The notes: generated from the sequence alone by a model not told the origin. Shown: positions 18,769-31,538, numbered from the stretch's first letter. The stretch: 64,000 nt of DNA from Candidatus Latescibacterota bacterium (GCA_965203175.1 OZ241867.1:1024001-1088000); one strand, 5' to 3'. Numbers and translations: made by a program.

Positions 18769-20490
18769 ATGACGCAGAGCGCACTACAGCAAGTAACTCA
18801 AGCCTCCTTCCCCGGCATGTGCCCGGTCAAAGATGCACTGACCAAGCTGGCGCAAGCTGGAATCGAGGAACGCGGCGCAATCTTTACAAAGCGCGAGGTC
18901 GTCGAGTTCATCCTCGATCTTGTCAACTACACTACAGACCGGCCTTTGCACAAGATTCGCCTTCTGGAGCCTTCTTTTGGCGGTGGCGACTTCCTTCTTA
19001 TTGCGATTGAGCGCTTGCTCAAGGCGTGGAGCAGGCGAAAGAGTAACGCCGACCCAAGAGAAATACTAGCCAATGCCATTCGAGCCGTCGAGTTGCATGA
19101 CGATACATTTCAGACAACGCACGAAAAAATCATCGCCATGCTCAAGGCAAAAGGTTTTGAAACAAAGTCGGCCCTCGCTCTTGCCGACACCTGGCTCATC
19201 AAGGGCGATTTTCTTCTCACGCCGCTGCCATTTGCATTTGATTGCGTAGTTGGCAACCCACCTTATGTGAGGCAAGAGCTGATTCCCGCTGCGCTCATTG
19301 CCGAATACCGCACTCGCTATACGACCATATTTGACCGCGCCGACCTTTACATCCCGTTTATCGAGCGTTCGCTCAACCTGCTGGAGCCGGGCGGTACACT
19401 TGGATTTATCTGCGCCGACCGCTGGATGAAAAACCGTTATGGAGGGCCGCTGCGTAAACTGACTGCTGACAAATTTCATTTGAAAACCTATGTCGATATG
19501 GTCGATACACCTGCCTTCCACGCGGATGTTATTGCCTATCCAGCCATCACTATTATCGCTAATGAAAAGCCGGGCAAAACTCGCGTCGCGCACCGTCCCG
19601 AGATTAAGCCGGCAACGCTCAAGGCTTTAAGCAAGACCCTGCTATCTGAAGAAAAGCCCACCTCAGAGAGTGGGGTCAAGGAAATGACCGGAGTTGCGGC
19701 AGGAGCCGAACCTTGGATATTGGCGTCGTCCGACCAGTTGGCCCTTGTCCGGCGACTAGAGCGAGATTTCCCGCTAATTGAAGAGGTCGGGTGTAAGATC
19801 GGCATCGGTGTCGCTACCGGTGCCGATCAAGCCTTTATCGGTCCCTATGACGAGCTAGATGTAGAGCCGGGTCGCAAATTACCACTGGTGATGACCCGCG
19901 ATATTATCACTGGTACCGTCAAATGGCGCGGCCTTGGCGTCGTCAATCCGTTCGCCGATGAAGGAGGGCTTGTTGACCTAGCAAAATTCCCCAAGCTCAA
20001 AACCTATCTGGAAGCCCGCAAGGACCAGATAGCAAAACGGCATGTCGCAAAGAAATCACCTGCTAATTGGTATCGCACGATCGATCGCATCTATCCGGCC
20101 CTCGCCAGTAAGCCGAAATTGCTAATCCCTGACATCAAGGGCCAAGCCCATATCGTCTATGAAGGCGGCAAGCTGTACCCACACCACAATCTCTACTTTA
20201 TCACGAGCGATGAATGGGATTTGTACGCGCTGCAGGCTGTTCTTCTATCGGGCATCGCCCGCCTGTTTGTCTCGATCTATTCGACCCGGATGCGCGGCGG
20301 CTACTTGCGGTTTCAGGCGCAATATCTGCGCCGTATCCGCTTGCCTTACTGGCAGGACCTAGATGAAACGCTCAAAAATGCTCTGAGGGAAGCTGCTAAT
20401 TGTCGCGACATTGACGCCTGCAACGCGGCTGTATTCGAGTTCTATGGATTATCAAAGGCGGCAGAGGCGGCTCGGGCATCTTCAGGCTAA
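18769..20490 (+). CDS. N6-adenine DNA methyltransferase, gamma class (Eco57I/TaqI-like, PaeR7I/XhoI-type), orphan
   Basis: [11 protein letters not shown] (motif I), VGNPPY (motif IV), [16 protein letters not shown] and [11 protein letters not shown]. No endonuclease downstream. Confidence 0.88.
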   Translation: MTQSALQQVTQASFPGMCPVKDALTKLAQAGIEERGAIFTKREVVEFILDLVNYTTDRPLHKIRLLEPSFGGGDFLLIAIERLLKAWSRRKSNADPREILANAIRAVELHDDTFQTTHEKIIAMLKAKGFETKSALALADTWLIKGDFLLTPLPFAFDCVVGNPPYVRQELIPAALIAEYRTRYTTIFDRADLYIPFIERSLNLLEPGGTLGFICADRWMKNRYGGPLRKLTADKFHLKTYVDMVDTPAFHADVIAYPAITIIANEKPGKTRVAHRPEIKPATLKALSKTLLSEEKPTSESGVKEMTGVAAGAEPWILASSDQLALVRRLERDFPLIEEVGCKIGIGVATGADQAFIGPYDELDVEPGRKLPLVMTRDIITGTVKWRGLGVVNPFADEGGLVDLAKFPKLKTYLEARKDQIAKRHVAKKSPANWYRTIDRIYPALASKPKLLIPDIKGQAHIVYEGGKLYPHHNLYFITSDEWDLYALQAVLLSGIARLFVSIYSTRMRGGYLRFQAQYLRRIRLPYWQDLDETLKNALREAANCRDIDACNAAVFEFYGLSKAAEAARASSG

Positions 20491-20575
20491 ATGCAGATCA
20501 GCCCTCAATGAAGTCCAAGTGAAGTCGCCAGCGCACGAGGCCCTAGCCTGTCTCAAGAGACAGCCCAGTTCTCTC

Positions 20576-20604
20576 TTGACTCCGTGAAGGTGCCATCCTA
20601 TCCT
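20576..20604 (+). promoter_or_regulatory. Sigma70-type promoter
   Basis: TTGACT-N17-TATCCT. Confidence 0.6.
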
Positions 20605-20610
20605 AGTCGT

Positions 20611-20738
20611 CAAGGCGTTTTAAGGACGCCTCGATCCGCGGAAAGGGTTGAACCCACCTTAGTCTCTTCGCCTGCTGTTAAAGAACCTTCTTTCGGCTTG
20701 TCTTCGCGGATGACAGGCATTTTGAAAGAGGGTTTTGT
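20611..20738 (+). ncRNA. Structured 5' leader with an anti-Shine-Dalgarno helix (putative cis-regulatory RNA)
   Basis: Stems 20613-18/20626-31, 20634-42/20703-11 and 20684-94/20724-34. The last stem covers the RBS. Confidence 0.5.
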
Positions 20739-22475
20739 ATGGCTACCGTCCTACCTTCCAATCCCCATCTCGATCATCTGAAAAAACAGGCCAAGGACCT
20801 GCTCAAGTCCTTCCAGTCCGGCGATTCTCAAATCTGTGCGTCCGTGCAACAGTACCTGCCCCGGTTTTCCCGATTATCACCTGACGGACTCACTCTGCAC
20901 GACGCCCAGCACGTGATTGCCCGCCAGTACGGCTTCGACAATTGGCCGGCCCTGCGCCAGGCGGTCAAAGAAATAGCTGCGACGAGGCACCGCTCTGTAC
21001 CAATCACGGACAGGCTGGACGAAAAGCTCAAGCGCCACATCGACGCGCTCGGCTTCCACAGCGTCGGTGCTTACCGCATCTGGTGCCACAAGCAGGGGCT
21101 AGACAAGGGGCTAGACAAGAGTGACGAGCAGTTGCAGAAGGAATGCGAGCTGTTCCAGCTTTGGCAAAAGACCCGCCGCCCCGACCCCAAACCAGACTAC
21201 CGCCCGAGCCAGGTCCGCTTCATCACCCTGGCCTACGAGGGCAAGACATCGGGCATCTGGGAGGGCTGGACGCGGCTTTTTGCCAATGTTGAGGACCCGG
21301 CCGAGCGCAAAGCCTTTTATCGCCTCCTAGTCCATTGCGAGAAATACGCCCGCATTGACGGCAAGCTGTTGGCACCACTGGCCCGCTGCCACCGCGACTG
21401 GCTCAGACCAATAGAGGACTGGTATCCACAAAGCCAGAACAAGCGGCGACAATTCGGCGAATTGGTCCGCTACCTTTTAGCCCGCTATGAGGTGCCGTTT
21501 TTCATGGACGGGGTTTGGCGCGAGACCTCCTTTACGGATGGAGCTTGGCACCAAGAGGATCCAGCCGTCATCCGGCGGCAGCAGGCGTGGTTTATGCACG
21601 TCGCCCAAGGCGGCAATATCCGCGCGATGGATACGGAAATCGCCCTCACCAAGCGCATGGCGCATCTGATCTTCGAGGTGCCGGACGTGGAATCAGTATC
21701 GATGGGGTTGCGCTGGGCGCAGTTTCTCGGAATGGGCGGCAGCCTCAACCTAGTTTCAGCCGTAGTGCGCTCGCGTCTGCGCGACTTTATGGAGGACGAG
21801 CCGTTCTGGGCGACCGTGGTGCTCTTTCTGGCCAACCAGCCAATGCTCGAGCCCACTTACGTCGGCCCAATCGTCGACTATATCTACAACCAGAAGTTTG
21901 CGCCCCAGCAGACGCGCGGGCATGACGGGAATCTTACAGAAGGACCGCCGCTGCAACCCCATTTCACCATGAAGGGCCGTAGTATTAACAAGCTGCTGCG
22001 CCAAGTTGAGGCGTGGCACGGCGAATTTGCCCTCGACCAGCACGTGGACTGGGAAGAGTGGTCGAGCTCTGGCCTCCGTGGCTACGAGTGCGAGGAAGAA
22101 GACGGCCACCTCGGCGCGACCCTGCGCTGGAGCGTGCGGGAGTTGTGCGACTCCTGGGCCTTGGCCAAAGAGGGCCAGGCCATGTCTCACTGCGTCAAGT
22201 CGTACGCTAGGCGCTGTGCTGAGGGAAAGTATTCGGTCTGGTCGCTCCAAGCAGAAGGCACCCCACTGGAGCGCCCGAACATGCTGACCATTGCAGTGGA
22301 CAACAGGCAGAGGCGGGTCATCGAATTCCGCGGCAAATACAACATGGTGCCCAACGACAAACAACGCACGGCCAAACAGCGGGACCAGACGAGCAAACCT
22401 TATCTCCACCTCCTGCGCAAATCGCCAGAGATCATGCGCCGATGGATGGAGCGGGAGCAACTGCGGCACGGTTAA
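20739..22475 (+). CDS. PcfJ-like domain protein with an N-terminal 'LPxxPxLxxLKKQAKxLL' helical domain
   Basis: LPSNPHLDHLKKQAKDLLK...AQHVIARQYGFDNWPAL at the N-terminus. MKGRS...WH and LAKEGQAMSHCV..Y...C at the C-terminus. Confidence 0.75.
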   Translation: MATVLPSNPHLDHLKKQAKDLLKSFQSGDSQICASVQQYLPRFSRLSPDGLTLHDAQHVIARQYGFDNWPALRQAVKEIAATRHRSVPITDRLDEKLKRHIDALGFHSVGAYRIWCHKQGLDKGLDKSDEQLQKECELFQLWQKTRRPDPKPDYRPSQVRFITLAYEGKTSGIWEGWTRLFANVEDPAERKAFYRLLVHCEKYARIDGKLLAPLARCHRDWLRPIEDWYPQSQNKRRQFGELVRYLLARYEVPFFMDGVWRETSFTDGAWHQEDPAVIRRQQAWFMHVAQGGNIRAMDTEIALTKRMAHLIFEVPDVESVSMGLRWAQFLGMGGSLNLVSAVVRSRLRDFMEDEPFWATVVLFLANQPMLEPTYVGPIVDYIYNQKFAPQQTRGHDGNLTEGPPLQPHFTMKGRSINKLLRQVEAWHGEFALDQHVDWEEWSSSGLRGYECEEEDGHLGATLRWSVRELCDSWALAKEGQAMSHCVKSYARRCAEGKYSVWSLQAEGTPLERPNMLTIAVDNRQRRVIEFRGKYNMVPNDKQRTAKQRDQTSKPYLHLLRKSPEIMRRWMEREQLRHG

Positions 22476-22484
22476 ATCAGGTTT

Positions 22485-23294
22485 TTACCCGTCGATTACC
22501 TCCACCTCGCTGCCCTTCTCAAACGCCTGCGCCTTAAACTCCGCCAATGCCTTGTCGAGCAGAGCCTGCGCCTCCTCGGCCTCCTTGCCCCAAACGACGA
22601 TATCCACTGGCAGCCGCTGACCGTCGGCCGTGCGCTCCCTCAACGCGACGAAGGCCTTGAGGTAGGTATTGGGATATTGGCTCATCACGCTGTGCAGGAT
22701 CGGACCGCACTGCGATTCGGGTAGGTTGACGGCGACCCGTAGCGAGAGCCGCACATCGTCGTATATCCCAGCCAAGGCATCCTCTACCGACTGGCGGAAT
22801 AACGCCTCAACCTCGCGCGGCGGGCCGGGTAGGCTGTAAATCGTGGTTGCGCCGACCTGCGACTCCACGCAGGGAGCCACACCCGCCGGGTTGGGATGGG
22901 CCACAGAGCCTTCCGGTTTGGTCGCCATCTTGATCAGCCCTTCGCTGACATCAGCGCGCTTTTCAATACCTCGGCTCTCCATATAGCGCTTGACCAAAGT
23001 TTCATCGACTTCCGTGCCCACCCCCGTGATCTTGGCAATGGCCTCAACCGTCATATCGTCGGGCGTCGGCCCAAGTCCTCCGGTGGTGATCACCACCTGG
23101 GTTCCGCGCTGGCAGGCGTCTTTGAGCACGCCGGTCAACTCGTCTATATCGTCGTCGAGAATCGCGATCCGACGCACATAGCCGCCGAGCGCTGCAATCT
23201 GCTGCGCCATCCAGAAGGAATTGGTGTCTTGGATCTGTCCGTTTAAAAGCTCGGTGCCGATTGAGTAAATTTCGATGGCCGGTCGATCGCTCAT
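22485..23294 (-). CDS. CinA N-terminal / molybdopterin-binding domain protein
   Basis: SIGTELLNGQIQDTN, TTGGLGPTPDDMT and LPGPPRE. Confidence 0.88.
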   Translation of the reverse strand: MSDRPAIEIYSIGTELLNGQIQDTNSFWMAQQIAALGGYVRRIAILDDDIDELTGVLKDACQRGTQVVITTGGLGPTPDDMTVEAIAKITGVGTEVDETLVKRYMESRGIEKRADVSEGLIKMATKPEGSVAHPNPAGVAPCVESQVGATTIYSLPGPPREVEALFRQSVEDALAGIYDDVRLSLRVAVNLPESQCGPILHSVMSQYPNTYLKAFVALRERTADGQRLPVDIVVWGKEAEEAQALLDKALAEFKAQAFEKGSEVEVIDG

Positions 23295-23431
23295 AGTCTC
23301 TTTCTCTGCGGTTGTGTTAGAGGGGCTCAAAAGATAGGCAAGATGAACCGGCCGTGCACCGGGCATTGAACACAGCTAGGCGAGTGGCAATATTAGAGTC
23401 TATCCAACCATCGAACTACAAGGAGAAAAAC

Positions 23432-23910
23432 ATGAGCAGCGTCCACGACTTCACCGCCCAAACCATCCACGGCCAAGCCGCAGATCTAGCCGACTACGCC
23501 GGCAAGGCGCTCCTCGTCGTCAACGTGGCCAGCGAGTGCGGCCTAACCCCGCAATACGCCGACCTAGAGGCACTGCATCGCCAATACGCCGCCCAAGGGC
23601 TAGCGGTCCTCGGCTTTCCCTGCAACCAATTCAAGGGGCAAGAGCCTGGCAACGAAGAGCAGATCCTCGACTTCTGCCAGACCCATTACGACGTGAGTTT
23701 CCCGCTCTTTAGCAAGATCGAAGTCAACGGCCCCAACCGTCATCCGCTCTACGCCTATCTCGCCGGCGACGGCGCGGCCTTTCCCGGCGACATCTCCTGG
23801 AACTTCGAGAAATTCCTCATCGACAAGGATGGGCAACCGCTGGCCCGTTTCGCGCCCCGAACCACCCCCAACGATCCGGCAGTAGTCGCCGCCATCGAAG
23901 AGGCCCTCGC

Positions 23911-23914
<4 letters not shown>
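23432..23914 (+). CDS. Glutathione peroxidase (Cys type)
   Basis: VNVASECGLT, GFPCNQF..QEPG and WNFEKFL. AAGGAG RBS present. Confidence 0.95.
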
Positions 23915-26258
<2,344 letters not shown>

Positions 26259-26413
26259 CTAGATTCGTTTGGTTATCACAGTGATAAAGTATAGTCAAGG
26301 TGGACAAGAAAACCATCCGTGGCCCGGTATTCGGTGCGCTTTCTTAGAAGAGTCAACGCACTTGACATCATCAATAGCAAAACAATATCACTCTAGTACA
26401 AGGGGGACATGCA

Positions 26414-26611
26414 ATGAACAACGATAGCTGCGAGAGGATACGCTCGATTTCCGAGGTGTTCCAAGAGCTTGGCTTGGGGACTGCGGAGGAAAGAAATCGC
26501 TTTCAACGGCTAGCCGACTTAGGTACCATCGGCCAAAGCTTGGAACAGGAAACCCACCGACACGAGCCAACGGGCACTCAAAACAACACTGCAAAGGAAG
26601 ACGATGCCTAA
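26414..26611 (+). CDS. Small hypothetical protein coupled to the SDH protease
   Basis: AGGGGG RBS, and its stop overlaps the start of 26604. Confidence 0.5.
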   Translation: MNNDSCERIRSISEVFQELGLGTAEERNRFQRLADLGTIGQSLEQETHRHEPTGTQNNTAKEDDA

Positions 26612-27494
26612 CTGGAACCAACTCCTCGACGAGATCAATGCCGCCGAAGGCATACACGATGTTATTCGTCGTCGCTACCTCAAAGAAGTTTTCGAGATCA
26701 CGGGTCGCAACGTTATCATCTACTATGCTGGCTGGTTTCAGAAGGGAAGCATTGCTGGCATTGAGATAAACGACGAAGACAAGAACGGCTTTATGACCGT
26801 CATTCACGAACTAGATAGAAGCCGTGGTCTAGATTTAATCTTACATACGCCTGGAGGCGATATGGCCGCCACGGAATCTCTCGTGGAATACCTACGGTCC
26901 ATGTTCGACACGGATATTCGGGCAATTGTTCCCCAACTTGCTATGTCAGGTGGTACGATGATGGCTTGTGCCTGCAAAGAAATACTCATGGGCAAGCAAT
27001 CGAGTTTGGGGCCTGTTGATCCACTCTTTGGCGGGATTCCTGCCCACGGGATTGTGGAGGAATTCACGCGGGCGAAGAAGGAAATCAGCGAAGACACCTC
27101 TTCGAGTTCTATCGCCGTATGGCAGCCGATTATCGCGAAGTACAACCCGACGCTCGTCGGCGAGTGCGAAAAGGCAATCGACTGGTCTAACGAGATGACG
27201 AGAGAGTGGCTCCAGACAGGGATGTTCGCTTCAGAGCAAGATTCCGATGATACGATCAACAACATTCTCAAAGAGCTAGGTGACCACGCCCTGACCAAAT
27301 CGCACGCACGGCATTTGTCCATTGAACGATGCCGCGACATAGGTCTAAAAGTCAAAGCGCTGGAAGAGGACGATAAACTCCAGGACGCCGTGCTGTCGTT
27401 ACATCACGCCTGCATGTTGACTTTTTCGGCTACTTCTGCACTCAAGATCGTTGAGAATCATCTTGGTATTGCCTTCATCAAGGTTACTCAGTAG
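26604..27494 (+). CDS. SDH-family ClpP-fold serine protease (S49-like)
   Basis: LDLILHTPGG, AMSGGTMMA, SSLGPVDP and SHARH motifs. Confidence 0.88.
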   Translation: MPNWNQLLDEINAAEGIHDVIRRRYLKEVFEITGRNVIIYYAGWFQKGSIAGIEINDEDKNGFMTVIHELDRSRGLDLILHTPGGDMAATESLVEYLRSMFDTDIRAIVPQLAMSGGTMMACACKEILMGKQSSLGPVDPLFGGIPAHGIVEEFTRAKKEISEDTSSSSIAVWQPIIAKYNPTLVGECEKAIDWSNEMTREWLQTGMFASEQDSDDTINNILKELGDHALTKSHARHLSIERCRDIGLKVKALEEDDKLQDAVLSLHHACMLTFSATSALKIVENHLGIAFIKVTQ

Positions 27495-27503
27495 GCGACC
27501 GCT

Positions 27504-27731
27504 GTGCCGGGACGACTAAGCAGAGCCCAAATCGAAGCACAGTTTGCCTCAGAATGGGTTCTCGTCGAATCCCCACAGACCAATGATGCCTTGGAAGTGC
27601 AAAGCGGCAAAGTCCGCTGGCACAGTAAGGATCGGGAAGAGGTCTATCGCCAAGCTGTGGTGTTGCGCCCTAAACGGTTCGCCATCTTGTACACGGGAAA
27701 GATGCCTGAAGACACGGCGATTGTTCTATGA
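27504..27731 (+). CDS. Small hypothetical protein (DUF5678-like)
   Basis: EWVLVE.P, GKV..HSKDREEVY and YTG..P pattern. Confidence 0.55.
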   Translation: MPGRLSRAQIEAQFASEWVLVESPQTNDALEVQSGKVRWHSKDREEVYRQAVVLRPKRFAILYTGKMPEDTAIVL

Positions 27732-27835
27732 TGGTGGTAGCTTAACTGGTCCCGTTTTAGCGGTCTATATCAGTAGCTATCCGTCTTCTCTCTTCGCCTC
27801 TTGCACATTTTTCTACCCCCTTTCCATCCTTTCAC

Positions 27836-28750
27836 ATGCCCTTCCGTCAATCCACTGCCCCCACGCCAACCCGCTACCGCGACCGCCAAACCAAGGATAT
27901 CGTCGTCGAGCACGTCCCGGGGCAGTCCCTCCTCCGCTGGTTCTACACCACAAGCACGGGGCATCTTGTCTTTCGCGCCGTCTTCAACCGGCCTCTTTTC
28001 TCTCGCCTCTACAGCTGGTGGAAGCAAAGCACTTGGACTCGGCGTCAAATCCGCCCTTTTGTCGAGCGCTACCACATCGACCTCGACGAAATCGAATATC
28101 CCCTCAGCCACTATTCCAGCTTCAACGATTTCTTTATCCGCCGCCTCAAACCCGGAGCCAGACCCTGCGACCCCGACCCCGAGCGCCTCTGTTGCCCCGC
28201 CGACGGCAAAGTTCTCGTCTATCCCCAGATCGCAGCCGAGGATGAGCTACCGGTCAAAAGCAACCAACTCGCAGCCCGCGAGCTCCTAGCCGAAGCAATC
28301 GACCCCACCCCATATCACGGCGGTGCTGCCCTCGTCGTCCGCCTCGCCCCCTACGACTATCACCGCTTCCACTTCCCAGCCGACGGCCAAGTAGGTCAAA
28401 CCCAGTGGATCAACGGCACCTACCACTCGGTCAACCCCATCGCCCTCGCCCGCGTACCCGACGTTTTCCACCGCAACCGGCGCTCCGTCTGCGAACTGAC
28501 GACGCCCACCTTCGGCAGAATTGCCTACATCGAAGTCGGTGCTATCAACGTCGCCAGCATCGTCCAGACGTACTCGCCAGGGCCTTGTGAGCGCGGCCAA
28601 GAAAAGGGCTTTTTCCAATTCGGCGGCTCAACCGTCGTGCTGCTTTTCGAGCCGGGGGCGATAGCCTTTGACAGCGATCTAGTCGCCGACTCTGCGGCCG
28701 GCCTAGAGGTACACGTCCCCACCGGGGCCGGCGTCGGCAGCCGCGCTTGA
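27836..28750 (+). CDS. psd: Phosphatidylserine decarboxylase
   Basis: FNDFFIRRLK, PADGK, RLAPYDYHRFHFP and FGGST autocleavage motif. Confidence 0.93.
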   Translation: MPFRQSTAPTPTRYRDRQTKDIVVEHVPGQSLLRWFYTTSTGHLVFRAVFNRPLFSRLYSWWKQSTWTRRQIRPFVERYHIDLDEIEYPLSHYSSFNDFFIRRLKPGARPCDPDPERLCCPADGKVLVYPQIAAEDELPVKSNQLAARELLAEAIDPTPYHGGAALVVRLAPYDYHRFHFPADGQVGQTQWINGTYHSVNPIALARVPDVFHRNRRSVCELTTPTFGRIAYIEVGAINVASIVQTYSPGPCERGQEKGFFQFGGSTVVLLFEPGAIAFDSDLVADSAAGLEVHVPTGAGVGSRA

Positions 28751-28811
28751 CCCGCTCCGGCGGCTTCGGCAAATTTCCCGCTCTGCAATCCCTTACCTCT
28801 GGAGGCTACAT

Positions 28812-29792
28812 ATGTCCCTGCAAATGCGCGTGGGTCTGGGCCAATTCAACGAACTCACCGACGAAAAGCTCGCCTTTATCAAGCAAATGGGCTGCGACGA
28901 CTTTTTGATGAATACCCCCAAGCTCCCCGGCGACAAGCAGTGGGAATACGACGACTTAGCTGCCCTCAAAAAGCGGGCCGACTACGCCGAACTGCGGCTG
29001 ATGGCGCTGGAAAACGTACCCACATCGTTTTACGACAAGATCATGCTCGGCCAAAGCGGCCGCGAAGAACAACTCCAGCACATGATCACCACCGTGCGCA
29101 ACATGGGCAAGGCCGGCATCCCAATCTTGGGCTATCACTGGATCCCCAACAGCGTCTGGCGCACGCCCGAGCCAGCCACCTTGCGCGGCGGCGCTCGCGC
29201 CACTCGTTTTGCCCTCGCCGAGCACGACCCCGAAGAACTGACCCACGGCCGCGTCTTCACCCACGAGGAGATGTGGGAAAACTACTGCTGGTATTTGGAG
29301 CGCATCCTGCCCGTGGCCGAGGAAGTTGACGTGCGCCTAGCCCTACACCCCGACGACCCGCCCACCGGTACGACCCTCGGCGGCATAGCGCGGATATGCA
29401 GTTCTTTCGACGACTTCAAGCGCAACATGGACACCTTCGACAGCTCGCATCACGGCCTCGACTTCTGCATGGGGTGCTGGTCGGAGATGGGCGGCCACGA
29501 CAGCGTCATCCGCGCCGTCCGCCACTTCGGCGGGCAAAAGAAAATCATCTACATCCACTTCCGCGATGTCATCGGGCCGGTCGAGGACTTCCACGAGACC
29601 TTCATCGACTGCGGCCAAGTCGATACCTTTGAGGTCGTCAAGACGCTCAAGGCGGTCGATTTCGACGGCTTTATGATCACCGATCACGTGCCCCATATCG
29701 TCGATGACTCGCCCTGGGGGCACAGGGGACGCGCCCATTGCGTGGGCTTTATGCAGGCCCTCATTCAAGTGGTCAACAAGCTCAGCGCGTGA
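28812..29792 (+). CDS. uxuA: Mannonate dehydratase family protein, second paralog
   Basis: RLALHPDDPP, IHFRDV and DHVP motifs. Confidence 0.8.
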   Translation: MSLQMRVGLGQFNELTDEKLAFIKQMGCDDFLMNTPKLPGDKQWEYDDLAALKKRADYAELRLMALENVPTSFYDKIMLGQSGREEQLQHMITTVRNMGKAGIPILGYHWIPNSVWRTPEPATLRGGARATRFALAEHDPEELTHGRVFTHEEMWENYCWYLERILPVAEEVDVRLALHPDDPPTGTTLGGIARICSSFDDFKRNMDTFDSSHHGLDFCMGCWSEMGGHDSVIRAVRHFGGQKKIIYIHFRDVIGPVEDFHETFIDCGQVDTFEVVKTLKAVDFDGFMITDHVPHIVDDSPWGHRGRAHCVGFMQALIQVVNKLSA

Positions 29793-29824
29793 CCTGTCAC
29801 CACGGCGCGACCTTGGGATCTAAC

Positions 29825-30643
29825 ATGAACATCATCCACCACTGCACCCGCCGGTCGAGCACAAGCCTCCTTCTTACACTCCTGCTCGCCACCCCAGCCC
29901 TAGCCCAAGACGAGCGTCCCCCTGTATCAATCCCCCAACCCGAACGCCGGCGCGTGACGCCGCCACCGGGCGGCCCCTTGACCATCGTCCAAGTGGACTA
30001 CAACAACGCGGTCAAGGAGCGCGACTACCTCTCGCAGGCCATGCAGGAAGTGGTCGCGTTCACCCACATATCGACCCAACTCGAAGTGCCGCTGCACTCG
30101 CGTTTTCTCACGCTCGACGACCCGAAGATTGCAGATGCGCTGATGCTCTACATGACCGGCTTCGACTGCGTCATGAAGATACGCGACCGCGAAAAGAAAG
30201 GCCTCGCCCACTACCTGCGCAGCGGCGGCCTGCTCTTTGCCGAGGACATCCTGCCCCTAGAGACTAATTTTCGCACATCCGCTGGCGTAGCCGGCACCCC
30301 CTTCGACCGGCAGTTCAAGGCCCTGCTCAAAGATCCGCAAGTCCTCGGCGTCGACGGAGGCCGCTGGCGCAAACTGCCCAATAGCGACCCTCTGTACTCA
30401 GCCTACTTCGACTTCCCCGATGGGCCGCCTTTAAGCGGCACGAACCGGGGCAACGTCTTCGCCTTGGAAGCTATAGAACTCAAAGGTCGGGTCGCCGTTA
30501 TCTTCAGCGACCTCAACATTAGCTGGTTCTGGGGCAACCTCGACGCCGAAGGCCGCAACCGCAGCTTGCAGTTCGGCACCAACCTGTTGGTCTATGCGCT
30601 AGCGCAAAAATACGCAGGCCGACCACTGCCCGTCAGGCGCTGA
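29825..30643 (+). CDS. DUF4159-like secreted protein
   Basis: Signal peptide, LYMTG, YLRSGGLLFAED, GRVAVIFS and FGTNLLVYAL. Confidence 0.7.
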   Translation: MNIIHHCTRRSSTSLLLTLLLATPALAQDERPPVSIPQPERRRVTPPPGGPLTIVQVDYNNAVKERDYLSQAMQEVVAFTHISTQLEVPLHSRFLTLDDPKIADALMLYMTGFDCVMKIRDREKKGLAHYLRSGGLLFAEDILPLETNFRTSAGVAGTPFDRQFKALLKDPQVLGVDGGRWRKLPNSDPLYSAYFDFPDGPPLSGTNRGNVFALEAIELKGRVAVIFSDLNISWFWGNLDAEGRNRSLQFGTNLLVYALAQKYAGRPLPVRR

Positions 30644-30644
30644 G

Positions 30645-31538
30645 ATGGACGCTGCGGCGGCGCGCTCCACCCAAATCCGCGCCGACCTCCTGCTCCTGCT
30701 CACGGCCCTTATCTGGGGCTTTGCCTTCGTCGCCCAACGCGCTGGCATGGAGCACGTCGGCCCCTTCTTCTTCAATGGCGTGCGCTTCGCCCTCGGCTGC
30801 TTGCCGCTTTTGCCTTTCGTCCTGCGCACCACCGCCACACCACTCTCATCCCGTCTCCGCCACACCCTCCCAGGCGGCCTGCTCGCCGGGCTTTTTCTTT
30901 TCACTGCCGCTTCCCTACAACAGGTCGGCATCGTCTACACTACGGCCGGCAAGGCCGGGTTCATCACCGGGCTATACGTAATTCTGGTGCCGATCCTCGG
31001 TCTCTTGCTGCGGCATCGCAGTCGCCGCAGCACTTGGACCGGCGCTCTGGTGGCAACCAGCGGCCTGTACCTGCTGAGCGTGGAGCCGCCACTGGCCATT
31101 GCTCGCGGCGACGCGCTCGTGCTCGTGAGCGCGCTCTTTTGGGCCGGGCACGTGCTGGTCATCGGCAACCTCTCGCGTCAACTCGACTGGGCGATGCTGG
31201 CTTTTTTGCAATTCTTCGTCTGCTCGCTGCTCAGCACAGCCATCGCCGTCGGCACCGAGCCTATCGCCCTGCAACCACTCGTCGATGCGGCCGTACCCGT
31301 GTTTTACGGAGGCGTGCTGTCGGTGGGCGTGGCCTATACCCTGCAGGTGGTGGCTCAGCGGCGAGCGGCCCCCGGCCACGCAGCCATCATCCTCAGTCTG
31401 GAGACGGTTTTTGCCGCGTTGGGGGGGTGGCTTTTGCTGGACGAGGACATGCCCTTACGCGGGCTGGTCGGGTGTGGGCTGATGTTCGCGGGGATGCTGA
31501 TCTCGCAGGTGAGATTGGGGCGGCGATCTAAAACATAG
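30645..31538 (+). CDS. DMT/EamA-family transporter
   Basis: About 10 TM segments, IWGFAFVAQ, AGFITGLYV and LETVFAAL. Confidence 0.92.
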   Translation: MDAAAARSTQIRADLLLLLTALIWGFAFVAQRAGMEHVGPFFFNGVRFALGCLPLLPFVLRTTATPLSSRLRHTLPGGLLAGLFLFTAASLQQVGIVYTTAGKAGFITGLYVILVPILGLLLRHRSRRSTWTGALVATSGLYLLSVEPPLAIARGDALVLVSALFWAGHVLVIGNLSRQLDWAMLAFLQFFVCSLLSTAIAVGTEPIALQPLVDAAVPVFYGGVLSVGVAYTLQVVAQRRAAPGHAAIILSLETVFAALGGWLLLDEDMPLRGLVGCGLMFAGMLISQVRLGRRSKT

